Of a stretch of DNA of 64,000 bases, positions 36,921 to 47,042 are shown one piece after another; the stretch's first letter is position 1, and every line of letters begins with the position of its first letter. A program made the position numbers and the translations under genes. The notes below the pieces were generated by a model that was given only the letters and a program-made list of their open reading frames with translations, had not been told where the DNA came from and did no database searches. This DNA comes from Scyliorhinus canicula (lineage: Eukaryota), in contig NC_052148.1 in NCBI RefSeq assembly GCF_902713615.1, positions 228,431,336-228,495,335 on the forward strand, read 5' to 3'.

Positions 36921-39900
36921 CCCAGCAATACACTGCGCGGGAACCGGAGATTCCCGTCAAGCAGATCCCAGCAACACGCGGCGAGGGAACCGGAGATTCC
37001 CGTCCAGCAGATCCCAGCAACACGCGGCTAGGGAACCGGAGATTCCCATCCAGCAGATCCCAGCAACACGCGGCGAGGGAACCGGAGATTCCCGTCCAGC
37101 AGATCCCAGCAACACACGGCTAGGGAACCGGAGATTCCCGTCCAGCAGATCCCAGCAACACGCGGCTAGGGAACCGGAGATTCCCGTCCAGCAGATCCCA
37201 GCAACACACGGCTAGGGAACCGGAGATTCCCGTCCAGCAGATCCCAGCAACACGCGGCGAGGGAACCGGAGATTCCCGTCCAGCAGATCCCAGCAACACG
37301 CGGCTAGGGAACCGGAGATTCCCGTCCAGCAGATCCCAGCAACACGCGGCTAGGGAACCGGAGATTCCCGTCCAGCAGATCCCAGCAACACGCGGCGAGG
37401 GAACCGGAGATTCCCATCCAGCAGATCCCAGCAACACACTGCGAGGGAACCGGAGATTCCCGTCCAGCAGATCCCAGCAACACGCGGCTAGGGAACCACA
37501 GATTCCCGTCCAGCAGATCCCAGCAACACGCGGCGAGGGAACCGGAGATTCCCGTCCAGCAGATCCCAGCAACACACTGCGAGGGAACCGGAGATTCCCG
37601 TCCAGCAGATCCCAGCAACACGCGGCTAGGGAACCTGAGATTCCCGTCCAGCAGATCCCAGCAACACGCGGCTAGGGAACCGGAGATTCCCGTCCAGCAG
37701 ATCCCAGCAACACGCGGCTAGGGAACCTGAGATTCCCGTCCAGCAGATCCCAGCAACACGCGGCGAGGGAACCGGAGATTCCCATCCAGCAGATCCCAGC
37801 AACACGCGGCTAGAGAACCGGAGATTCCCGTCCAGCAGATCCCAGCAACACGCGGCTAGGGAACCGGAGATTCCCATCCAGCAGATCCCAGCAACACACT
37901 GCGAGGGAACCTGAGATTCCCGTCCAGCAGATCCCAGCAACACGCGGTGAGGGAACCGGAGATTCCCGTCCAGCAGATCCCAGCAACACGCGGCGAGGGG
38001 ACCGGAGATTCCCGTCCAGCAGATCCCAGCAACACGCGGCGAGGGAACCGGAGATTCCCATCCAGCAGATCCCAGCAACACGCGGCTAGGGAACCGGAGA
38101 TTCCCGTCCAGCAGATCCCAGCAACACACTGCGAGGGAACCGGAGATTCCCGTCCAGCAGATCCCAGCAACACACTGCGAGGGAACCGGAGATTCCCGTC
38201 CAGCAGATCCCAGCAACACGCGGCGAGGGAACCGGAGATTCCCGTCCAGCAGATCCCAGCAACACGCGGCTAGGGAACCTGAGATTCCCGTCCAGCAGAT
38301 CCCAGCAACACACGGCTAGGGAACCGGAGATTCCCGTCCAGCAGATCCCAGCAACACGCGGCTAGGGAACCGGAGATTCCCATCCAGCAGATCCCAGCAA
38401 CACACCGCTAGGGAACCGGAGATTCCCGTCCAGCAGATCCCAGCAACACGCGGCGAGGGAACCGGAGATTCCCGTCCAGCAGATCCCAGCAACACGCGGC
38501 GAGGGAACCGGAGATTCCCGTCCAGCAGATCCCAGCAACACACGGCTAGGGAACCGGAGATTCCCGTCCAGCAGATCCCAGCAACACGCGGCTAGGGAAC
38601 CGGAGATTCCCGTCCAGCAGATCCCAGCAACACGCGGCGAGGGAACCGGAGATTCCCGTCCAGCAGATCCCAGCAACACGCGGCGAGGGAACCGGAGATT
38701 CCCGTCCAGCAGATCCCAGCAACACACGGCTAGGGAACCGGAGATTCCCGTCCAGCAGATCCCAGCAACACGCGGCTAGGGAACCTGAGATTCCCGTCCA
38801 GCAGATCCCAGCAACACACTGCGAGGGAACCGGAGATTCACGTCCAGCAGATCCCAGCAACACGCGGCTAGGGAACCGGAGATTCCCGTCCAGCAGATCC
38901 CAGCAACACGCGGCTAGGGAACCGGAGATTCCCATCCAGCAGATCCCAGCAACACACTGCGAGGGAACCTGAGATTCCCGTCCAGCAGATCCCAGCAACA
39001 CGCGGCGAGGGAACCGGAGATTCCCGTCCAGCAGATCCCAGCAACACGCGGCGAGGGGACCGGAGATTCCCGTCCAGCAGATCCCAGCAACACGCGGCGA
39101 GGGAACCGGAGATTCCCATCCAGCAGATCCCAGCAACACACTGCGAGGGAACCGGAGATTCCCGTCCAGCAGATCCCAGCAACACACTGCGAGGGAACCG
39201 GAGATTCCCGTCCAGCAGATCCCAGCAACACACGGCTAGAGAACCGGAGATTCCCGTCCAGCAGATCCCAGCAACACGCGGCGAGGGAACCGGAGATTCC
39301 CGTCCAGCAGATCCCAGCAACACGCGGCGAGGGAACCGGAGATTCCCGTCCAGCAGATCCCAGCAACACACTGCGAGGGAACCGGAGATTACTGTCCGGC
39401 AGATCCCAGCAACACGCGGCTAGGGAACCGGAGATTCCCGTCCAGCAGATCCCAGCAACACGCGGCTAGGGAACCGGAGATTCCCGTCCAGCAGATCCCA
39501 GCAACACACTGCGAGGGAACCGGAGATTCCCGTCCAGCAGATCCCAGCAACACGCGGCGAGGGAACCGGAGATTCCCGTCCAGCAGATCCCAGCAACACA
39601 CGGCTAGGGAACCGGAGATTCCCGTCCAGCAGATCCCAGCAACACGCGGCTAGGGAACCGGAGATTCCCATCCAGCAGATCCCAGCAACACACCGCTAGG
39701 GAACCGGAGATTCCCGTCCAGCAGATCCCAGCAACACGCGGCGAGGGAACCGGAGATTCCCGTCCAGCAGATCCCAGCAACACGCGGCGAGGGAACCGGA
39801 GATTCCCGTCCAGCAGATCCCAGCAACACACGGCTAGGGAACCGGAGATTCCCGTCCAGCAGATCCCAGCAACACACGGCTAGGGAACCGGAGATTCTCG

Positions 39901-40048
39901 TCCAGCAGATCCCAGCAACACGCGGCTAGGGAACCGGAGATTCCCGTCCAGCAGATCCCAGCAACACGCGGCTAGGGAACCGGAGATTCCCGTCCAGCAG
40001 ATCCCAGCAACACGCGGCGAGGGAACCGGAGATTCCCGTCCAGCAGAT
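36921..40048. repeat. 46-bp minisatellite, 68 units, in JCHAIN intron 3
   Basis: Consensus CCCAGCAACACGCGGCGAGGGAACCGGAGATTCCCGTCCAGCAGAT. The span is 3128 bp, exactly 68 x 46, so there is no net indel. Confidence 0.97.
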
Positions 40049-40409
40049 CACCAGGAATCCTGACATCTACTTCGCTCAGCCGTCCAAGCATTCTTTTAAC
40101 ATCCCAATGTTCTGCTCTGTCATTCTGTGTGGCATTATGGCTTTCCGTGTCCCAGAAGGAGTTATGAACAAGGAAATGGAAATGAGGGAGGAACTCGGGA
40201 ACATTACAGCCACCAGAGAAGTGGTACTGAGCAAATTGTTGGAACTGGGGGAGTTGTTACACACCACAGTGATCAGCCAGATGGTAATTGGATCACCCTT
40301 GGTCATCCTTTGGTTTCTCATGGCAACTCGAGCGCAACTGGTACAGTGAGCTGCCATGGAGTGAAGGAATCACAAACTGCACCACGCCTCATCTCCTCCA
40401 ATCTTCAAT

Positions 40410-40742
40410 AGGGCAGCACGATAGCACAGTAGTTAGAACTGTTGCTTCACAGCTCCAGGGTCCCAGGTTCGATTCCCGGCTTGGACCACTGTCTGTGCGG
40501 AGTCTGTGTGTTTTCCCCGTGTGTGCGTGGGTTTCCTCCGGGTGCTCCGATTTCCTCCCACAGTCCAAAGATGTGCGGGTTAGGTAGATTGGCCATGCTA
40601 AATTTCCCCTTAGTGTCCAAAAAGGTTAGGCGGGGTTATGGGGTAGGGTGGAGGTGTGGGCTTAAGTAGGGTGCTCTTTCTAAGGGCTGGTGCAGATTCG
40701 ATGGGCCGAAGGGCCTCCTTCTGGACTGTAAATTCTATGGTG
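40410..40742 (+). mobile_element. HE1-type SINE
   Basis: Full head, core and tail. Confidence 0.9.
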
Positions 40743-40759
40743 TGAAAATCGCATGGACT

Positions 40760-41245
40760 TCTCTGTCAGTAAGATTGAGACTACCGTTACCATATCCCAC
40801 CCTTCCACTGATCCATCAGACTAAATTTCCTCTAAAGGTTCCCCCCTACCCAAGACTTGAACTCACATCTTTCTCAAGTTTCTATCCACTGTCCCCCCTC
40901 ATGCCCTCTCCAAGCTCGTCTTGTCCATTAGATTTACCTCCTGTCCTGTTCCTATTCTCACTAAACTGCTAACCACTGAACTTTGTCTCTTCATCCTCAT
41001 ATTAGCTGATATTACTAACTCTCTTCAGGTACTGTTGCCTCATCACCGCACACGCCAATAAAAGCCGACCCCTTTACTCCTCCACCATTCCAAACTACCG
41101 CCCTATCTCTCGTTCCTCTCCAAAGCCCCTGAACATGTTGCCATCTCCCAAATCCATTCCCATCTTTCCTGGAACTGCATGTTGAATCCCTCCAACCAGG
41201 TTTCCAGCCCTGTCACATCAATGGTGCTGACCAAAGTCACAAATG
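40760..41245 (+). mobile_element. L2 LINE RT fragment
   Basis: NYRPIS-like region; related to 63400-64000. Confidence 0.7.
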
Positions 41246-41247
41246 AG

Positions 41248-41545
41248 GACGGCACGGTGGCACAGTGGTTAGCACTGTTGCCTCACACTCCATTCCGAAC
41301 TCAGGTCACTGTCTGTGCCGATTTTGGACTTTCTCCCCGTGTCTGCGTGGGTTTCCTCCGGGTACTCCGGTTTCTTCTCATCGTCCAAAGATGTGCAGGT
41401 TAGGTGGATTGGCCATGCTAAATTGGCCCTAGGTGGAATAACAGGGATGGTGTGGATATTGGGCCTAGGTAGGGTGCTCTTTCAGAGGGTTGGTGCAGGC
41501 TCGATGGGCCGAATGGCCTCCTGCACTGTAGGGATTCTATGACAT
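41248..41545 (+). mobile_element. HE1-type SINE (older)
   Basis: Head, core and tail are recognisable, with an internal deletion. Confidence 0.85.
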
Positions 41546-41989
41546 CCTATGTGACTGCGATAAAGGCAAACATTGATTCATAAATTCATAGACCTTTACA
41601 GCATAGAAGGAGGCCATTCAGCCCATCATGTTTTTGACACGGTTGACTACACCATCCTCCTCAAATGCCTCTCCACTGTGAGGCAGCTGGGTGGAACTCT
41701 GAAGGGATGAGGTATTGACCGGGGCCAGCCAAGCGATGAAGCTTAAAGGGTATCAGATATGTGAGTGAATGCTGGCCACCGGAGAAGGTGAAGAAATGAC
41801 AGACTCCAGGGCCAGGAGCAAACGTTGTGCCAGGAAGGCCTGAAGGCAACTGGTGAGAACACCAGCCTGACTGTCTCTCTCTTTCTCTCTCTCTCACACA
41901 TCCCTCGCAGAATTCCAAGAGATTTTAGTATGGAGCCAGTGGAGCTGTCAATTCTACTCATCACAGACTCCAGCAACTAAGAGAGGCCA

Positions 41990-42800
41990 CAGCCAGGGAA
42001 AACCCAGCACCAGGAGGCCAGGGCAAGCTCAAGGGTCAGCCACGGTTCAAGGCAGATATGGGCTTGAAGTTGAAGAAGAAGGAGGGTTTTCATGGAGCTG
42101 TCGGACATGTGCCGCAGGAGACTCCGCCACACAAGGGGGACTGTGCAACACATGTGCCATCTTTTTTCAAACCTGGCATCTGATGGAGGAGGAGGAGGAC
42201 ACCAGTTTTCTGTGACTGTGAAAGTCATGGTCGCCCTCAGCTATTACACCACTGGATCATTCTAGGATTCAACGGGAATCTTTGTGGCATCTCACAGACA
42301 TCATCCCACAAATAAATCCGTGACGTGATGGATGCACTCTATGTCATGGCCTCGGTCTGCATTAATCTTGACCAGGCCCATCAGGATGAGAGGGCTGTGG
42401 TTTCTGTTACCATCGTTGGTATGCACTGGTGCAAAGGGGCCATTGATGGCATTCATGTGACACTACACACCCCCGTGGCATCAGGGAATCCCATACATTA
42501 AAAGAAAGGGGTTCCACTCCCTTAACATGCAGCTGGTGTGTGACCACCAGATGAAGATCATGTACATGTGAGCACATTTTCCAGGGAGCATGCATGATAG
42601 CTCCCTCTTTGTGCAGTCTCAAATCCCTGGAATATTCAAGGGTCATCCCAAGCTGCAGGGATGCCTAATTGTGGACGAGCAATACCCGCTGTGGCCTTGG
42701 CTGATGATGTCTGTGCGGAGGACTGAGACCGGAGCACAGTCCCATTACAACAAGGCTCACAGTGCCATCTGGTCTGTGACTGTGCAGTCTGCTGAAGATG
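41990..42800 (+). pseudogene. Harbinger DDE nuclease (HARBI1-like) pseudogene
   Basis: Motifs DMCRRRLR, LCGISQTSSH, GAIDGIHV, KGFHSLNMQLVCDHQ, FPGSMHDS and YPLWPWLM, with stops and frameshifts. Confidence 0.88.
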
Positions 42801-43479
42801 TGCTTCCACTGCCTTGAGTAGTCCAGTCGGGCCCTTCAATACAGTCCACCGAGAGTCTCCCACACATTTGTGGTACGCTGTGTCCACCATAACGTAGCGC
42901 AACAGTGGGGCAACATTCTCAATGAAGAAGACCAGACCAGGAACGTTTCCTCTAATGAGAAGGACGTCTAGGTGGGGGTGAAAGAAGAGGTCAAAGATCA
43001 GCCGGAGGTTGGAGGCCAGGCAAGGGACAAGGGTTCGCGTGGTCAGGTGCACCAGGGATGCCCTCATCACGTTCCAGTTTGCACAATAACACCATCATGT
43101 TGTCCATCAGCTCTACGACCCCCCCAACACCCCCAAGACCTTTAGGACCCCCTTCAGGACTGAGGGTGGAGGTCCATTACAAAACTATCTCATGGGGGTG
43201 CTGGGCCTGGTGCATGCTTAGCAGGAGGGTGATGACCACTCGCAGTGAGGAAAGTTCTGATACTCCTCAGCTTTTGGGTATGGCTGACTCCAGTCTGTCT
43301 GCTGCGAGCAGACTGACTCTCCGACTTATTGCCACTGAGAGTCGGGGCCACATCCCTTTGGCCTGCTGCTCTAGAGGAGGTTAGGGGGTTATGGTTCACT
43401 GCTTAATGGCAGAGTCCTTCCAGAATCTAATTGATTTTCTGTTTGAGTGGCATAACCTTTAACCTTACATTGAGGGAAA

Positions 43480-43935
43480 GTGGGAAAAGCTGTGTCCAGA
43501 TGGAGTGAGGACCTGTTCAAGTGGGGAGAGGCTCAAAGAGGGTGAGGCCTTCAGGTTGTGAATAAGGGAGGCTGAGGGGCAACCTGATAGAAGTTCATAA
43601 AATTATGAAGGGTATAGTTAGGGTGAACAGTTGGAGGTTTTTTCCCAGTGCGAAAATGACAATTACAAGGGGTCACAAGTTCAAGGTGAGGGGGTAAAGG
43701 TTCAGTTCAGTGGGGATGTGCGGGGTAAGTTTTTTTACACAGAGGGTGGTGGTGGCCTGGAATGCACTGCCAAGTGACGTGGTTGAGGCAGATACATTAG
43801 CGACCTTTAAGACTTACCTGGATAGGCACATGAACAGACGGGATATAGAAGGATACAGACGGTTAGTCTAGATAAGATACGTGATTGGTGGGGCTTGGAG
43901 GGCCGAAGGGCCTGTTCCTGTGCTGCACTGTTCTT
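43480..43935 (+). mobile_element. CR1 3' fragment inserted in the Harbinger element
   Basis: TRGHKFKVRG region and tail GGGCCGAAGGGCCTGTTCCTGTGCTG. Confidence 0.88.
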
Positions 43936-43939
43936 TCTT

Positions 43940-45620
43940 CATTGTACCTCTGGGTGTATTCCCAGGCTGCACATCAGAAGTGGAGGCGGCCTGCTCCTTT
44001 TCATACCTGTTGCCTGAAATGTTCTTGGTGGCTGTCCTGTGGAGGGCCTGGAGCTGGAGGGACCCAGCCCACTTTCGGGTGACACTGATGTTTCCGCGTC
44101 ACCCTGTTCTGCCTGCTTCCCCCCGAGAAGCACAGGTATCAGGAAAGGGGGGGGGGGGGGATCAGAAGGCATGGTCACTCCCTGGGTCTCTTGGGCGGAA
44201 GGTCCAGCACATCCTCCTCCCTCTGGGTGCTCGCGGGCCACTAGGTAACTCTACTGGATGGAGGGGCAGCTGGAGTGAGCTCCAGAGCCTCAACGCCAGT
44301 CCTGGAGGCCCCCAGTGTCTGAACAATACGATTGAAGCCCTCAACCAAGGTCCTCGGGAACTGGGGCACGCATTGCCCCAGGCTTTCCACTGCAGATGCC
44401 ACCCTTGCCATGTTGACCTGGGTGCCAAGCATTGCCGGCAACATTCCTATGACTGAAAGCTTTGGGACTCCTCCATTCCTCCTTGTAGTTGGAGGAATGT
44501 CGCTGACAAACCCTTCCTGGTATTCCTGGCTCTGTCTTTGCATCTATAACAGCTGAGGGATGAACGTGTCCACAGCACAGCACCTGGCTGGGGCTCGGCT
44601 GAGTCCTGGGATCCAGCAGACCTCCGACTGCCTGATCTCTGGGACGTTCCTGTCTCCAGCTGATCTGCATCAGAGGCTGTGTGGTGCTCACCAGAAAGTG
44701 ACCCAGAAGCCTGTCTGCTACGTTCTCCCACCAAGGTGTGTGTCTGCACTGGTGAATGGTGAAGGTGATAGCTGTGACATATCATCCACCTCCTCCTCAG
44801 ACATCTCCAAGATGCTGTCAAGGGTAGAAGGGGGCACTGTTATTGACAACAGCGGCTCATTGGTTGATGTTCCTGCAAGGCAGGGGACATAGTTTTAATA
44901 CATGGCCTTGTCAAAGTTTTGGACAACAAATACCTCACTTGAGACTGGTCAATGAATGAGGGTGCAATGGCTCCTCACCTTCCTGTCACAGGCCAACCTT
45001 GTTCTCTGTGCACGCCCACTCCTAGTTCTGCACTGTGAGTTCCATGGCCCTCTCTTCAAAAGGGGTTATGATCCTTAGTTTGGGCATTTCACCGCCTGTC
45101 AACTCTCTCCCTCTCTCTCTCTGGTTGTGGATAATCTCCTCCTGCGGGAACAGAAAAGGGGATAATGTGAGCAGAATGCCTGGCGGATCAGAGGTCGTGA
45201 ATAACTAGCATATGTGGGCACTGTGCTTAAGTAAGGGAGGGCTCTTATGAGAAGTGCCAGGTGGTTTGAGGATGATACTGGGAGATCGGGTGCTGAGGAC
45301 CTGCAAGGTGGTATCACGTGGGTTCAAGGGGACATTTTGGGGATGATGGAAGGATTGAATGCCACAGACAGACAGGGAGCACTTACCCTTACAGATCGCA
45401 GTAGGTCATTCATTTTTTTCCTACGTTAAATCCTTTTCCTCTTGGTCATACCACTGGCACTAACCAGTGCTGCCACTGTCTCCCAGGTGGGATTGGTGCC
45501 CTTGCTGGAGGGCCTCATGCCAACACGCGGGAAGATTGTGAACCGCCTCTCCTCCCCAGCATCCAGCAATCGAGTCAGAACCTCTTCCAAGAACCTGGGA
45601 GCTGGTCTTCTATCTGCCAT
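43940..45620 (-). pseudogene. Harbinger Myb/SANT-like DNA-binding protein pseudogene with spliceosomal introns
   Basis: MADRRPAPRFLEEVLTRLLD...WETVAALVSA...(stop)RRKKMNDLLRSVR, then donor GTAAGT at 45386-45381. Acceptor near 45145; second donor GTGAGG near 44980. Confidence 0.85.
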
Positions 45621-45744
45621 CCTCCTCGGTTAAATGGGAGTGAGTGCTGTGGAGTCGGTTAAATACAGCGCCCCCTTGATTAAATTGCTCAGATGACCCC
45701 CACGCCGAGGAGGGCGAATCAGACACTTCACGCCTCATGTGAAA

Positions 45745-45930
45745 AAAAATTAAAATGAAAATCGTTTATTGTCACAAGTAGGCTTCAAATGAAGTTACTG
45801 TGAAAAGCCCCTAGTCGCCACATTCCGGCGCCTGTTTGGGGAGGCTGGTACGGGAATTGAACCGTGCTGCTGGCCTGCCTTGGCCTGCTTTCACAGCCAG
45901 CGATTTAGCCCTGTGTGCTAAACCAGCCCC
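45745..45930 (-). mobile_element. tRNA-derived SINE (GGGGCTGGTTTAGCAC family)
   Basis: Near-identical to 7508-7709. Confidence 0.88.
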
Positions 45931-46520
45931 TGGAGGGTGGAGGAACGTAATCTCACAAACTGCCTAAAGGTGGCGCTCTGGACCACCCCACTGGTGCTGG
46001 TGGAATTCGCCCCCTGTTTTCAGTGCCAAAAATGACACTTTGGCATATTTCGGAAATTTACGGCCATTAACTTTGTCGTTCAGAATTTCACCAGAGTCAG
46101 AAGTGCTGTGAATAGGATTTTCAGCCACGCTTATCCCAGCGTTGACCCATATCCTCTATTAGCTGAAGAGCTACATTTCGTGAGAATATCTTGGTAGATT
46201 CTCTGGAACCACTTTCCTACCAGCACTGTGATTGACTGTCTTTAGGATGTTAGTATTAATCCCCCACCTCTTAGCTTGTACCATTAGTTTGACTGCATCA
46301 CAGATTGTCCTCTTGAATTCACTGTGAATGGATATTAGTTACATGCAAAAGAGTTCCTTGTCAATTTGAACATGCTAAATGAGTTGAAAAAATTTATTCT
46401 AAAGTCATTCAACTGCATGTTAGATAAAGCTGTTTGTTGAACATCTAATGACTTTCAGATATCAGTGTTATGTATTCAATGGTAATTATATCTTTGATAA
46501 TCTTTGACATCTTTCTACAG

Positions 46521-46722
46521 CTGCAAGAATTGCACCCCAAAGTCATCTCCACTCGTACCTCAGTGCAACCCCAAACCTCCACCCATTGATGAATGTTACG
46601 CCCATGAAAACAAAACATGCGGGCACACCCAAAGACGTGAAGTTAGTTTATGGCATCAAACCCCTACAGTGGCACCTGTTGAAACGACAGTAGATTTGTC
46701 ATCGATATCAGATGCTCCATAG
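46521..46722 (+). CDS. JCHAIN: Immunoglobulin J chain, exon 4 (CKNCTPKSSPLVPQCNPKPPPIDECYAHENKTCGHTQRREVSLWHQTPTVAPVETTVDLSSISDAP*)
   Basis: Acceptor ctttctacag; TT|C gives Phe, then CKNC (human LCKKC). CY-x6-C spacing matches human CYTYDRNKC, and a VET motif lies near the C-terminus. TAG at 46720-46722. Total CDS is 471 nt, or 156 aa. Confidence 0.92.
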
Positions 46723-46820
46723 ATTGTTCTAAAGATTATACAGATAATTGCCCCTGTTTCTTTACGGCATTTTAGCTTTGTCTTTTAGCCATACTGGCCT
46801 TTTACCTTCTTGGAACAGAT

Positions 46821-46853
46821 AATAAAATTCTTTGCTGCTTGCTTCATAATAAA
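46821..46853 (+). terminator. Candidate JCHAIN polyadenylation signals (two AATAAA)
   Basis: AATAAA at 46821-46826 and 46848-46853, 100-130 nt after the stop codon, followed by GT/T-rich sequence. Confidence 0.65.
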
Positions 46854-46989
46854 CACTGCTCTCCATATTATGCATCATTTGTAAATGTGTCATGTTTTGC
46901 GGCAAAATTGAGACAATGGGAAAACACGGCATGCTGGCACTCAATACCCATTTTCTAAAAGTGAACACTGGAACAGTTGAAATATTTAA

Positions 46990-47042
46990 GAGTAAGAAGT
47001 CTCACACCAGGTTAAAGTCCAACTGGTTTATTTGAAATCACA
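46990..47042. mobile_element. Truncated Penelope-like terminal repeat fragment just 3' of JCHAIN
   Basis: AGTAAGAAGTCTCACACCAGGTTAAAGTCCAAC matches 57475-57510; the hammerhead part is absent. Confidence 0.55.

Larger units (their letters stand above)
41690..46070. mobile_element. Near-complete two-gene PIF/Harbinger transposon inside JCHAIN intron 3 (decayed)
   Basis: Nuclease on + and Myb/SANT gene on -, in convergent arrangement. Interrupted by a CR1 3' piece and a SINE. TIRs not resolved. Confidence 0.8.

Noticed and set aside
36871-39877. Many overlapping ORFs (MLLGSAGRESPVP..., MCCWDLLDG...)
   Set aside because: By-products of a 46-bp repeat cycling through frames, located in an intron; no evidence of coding.
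36921-40048. CRISPR-like array (regular repeats with a short GGGAA...TTCCC hairpin)
   Set aside because: Units are head-to-tail with no unique spacers, there are no cas genes, and the context is vertebrate. It is a minisatellite.
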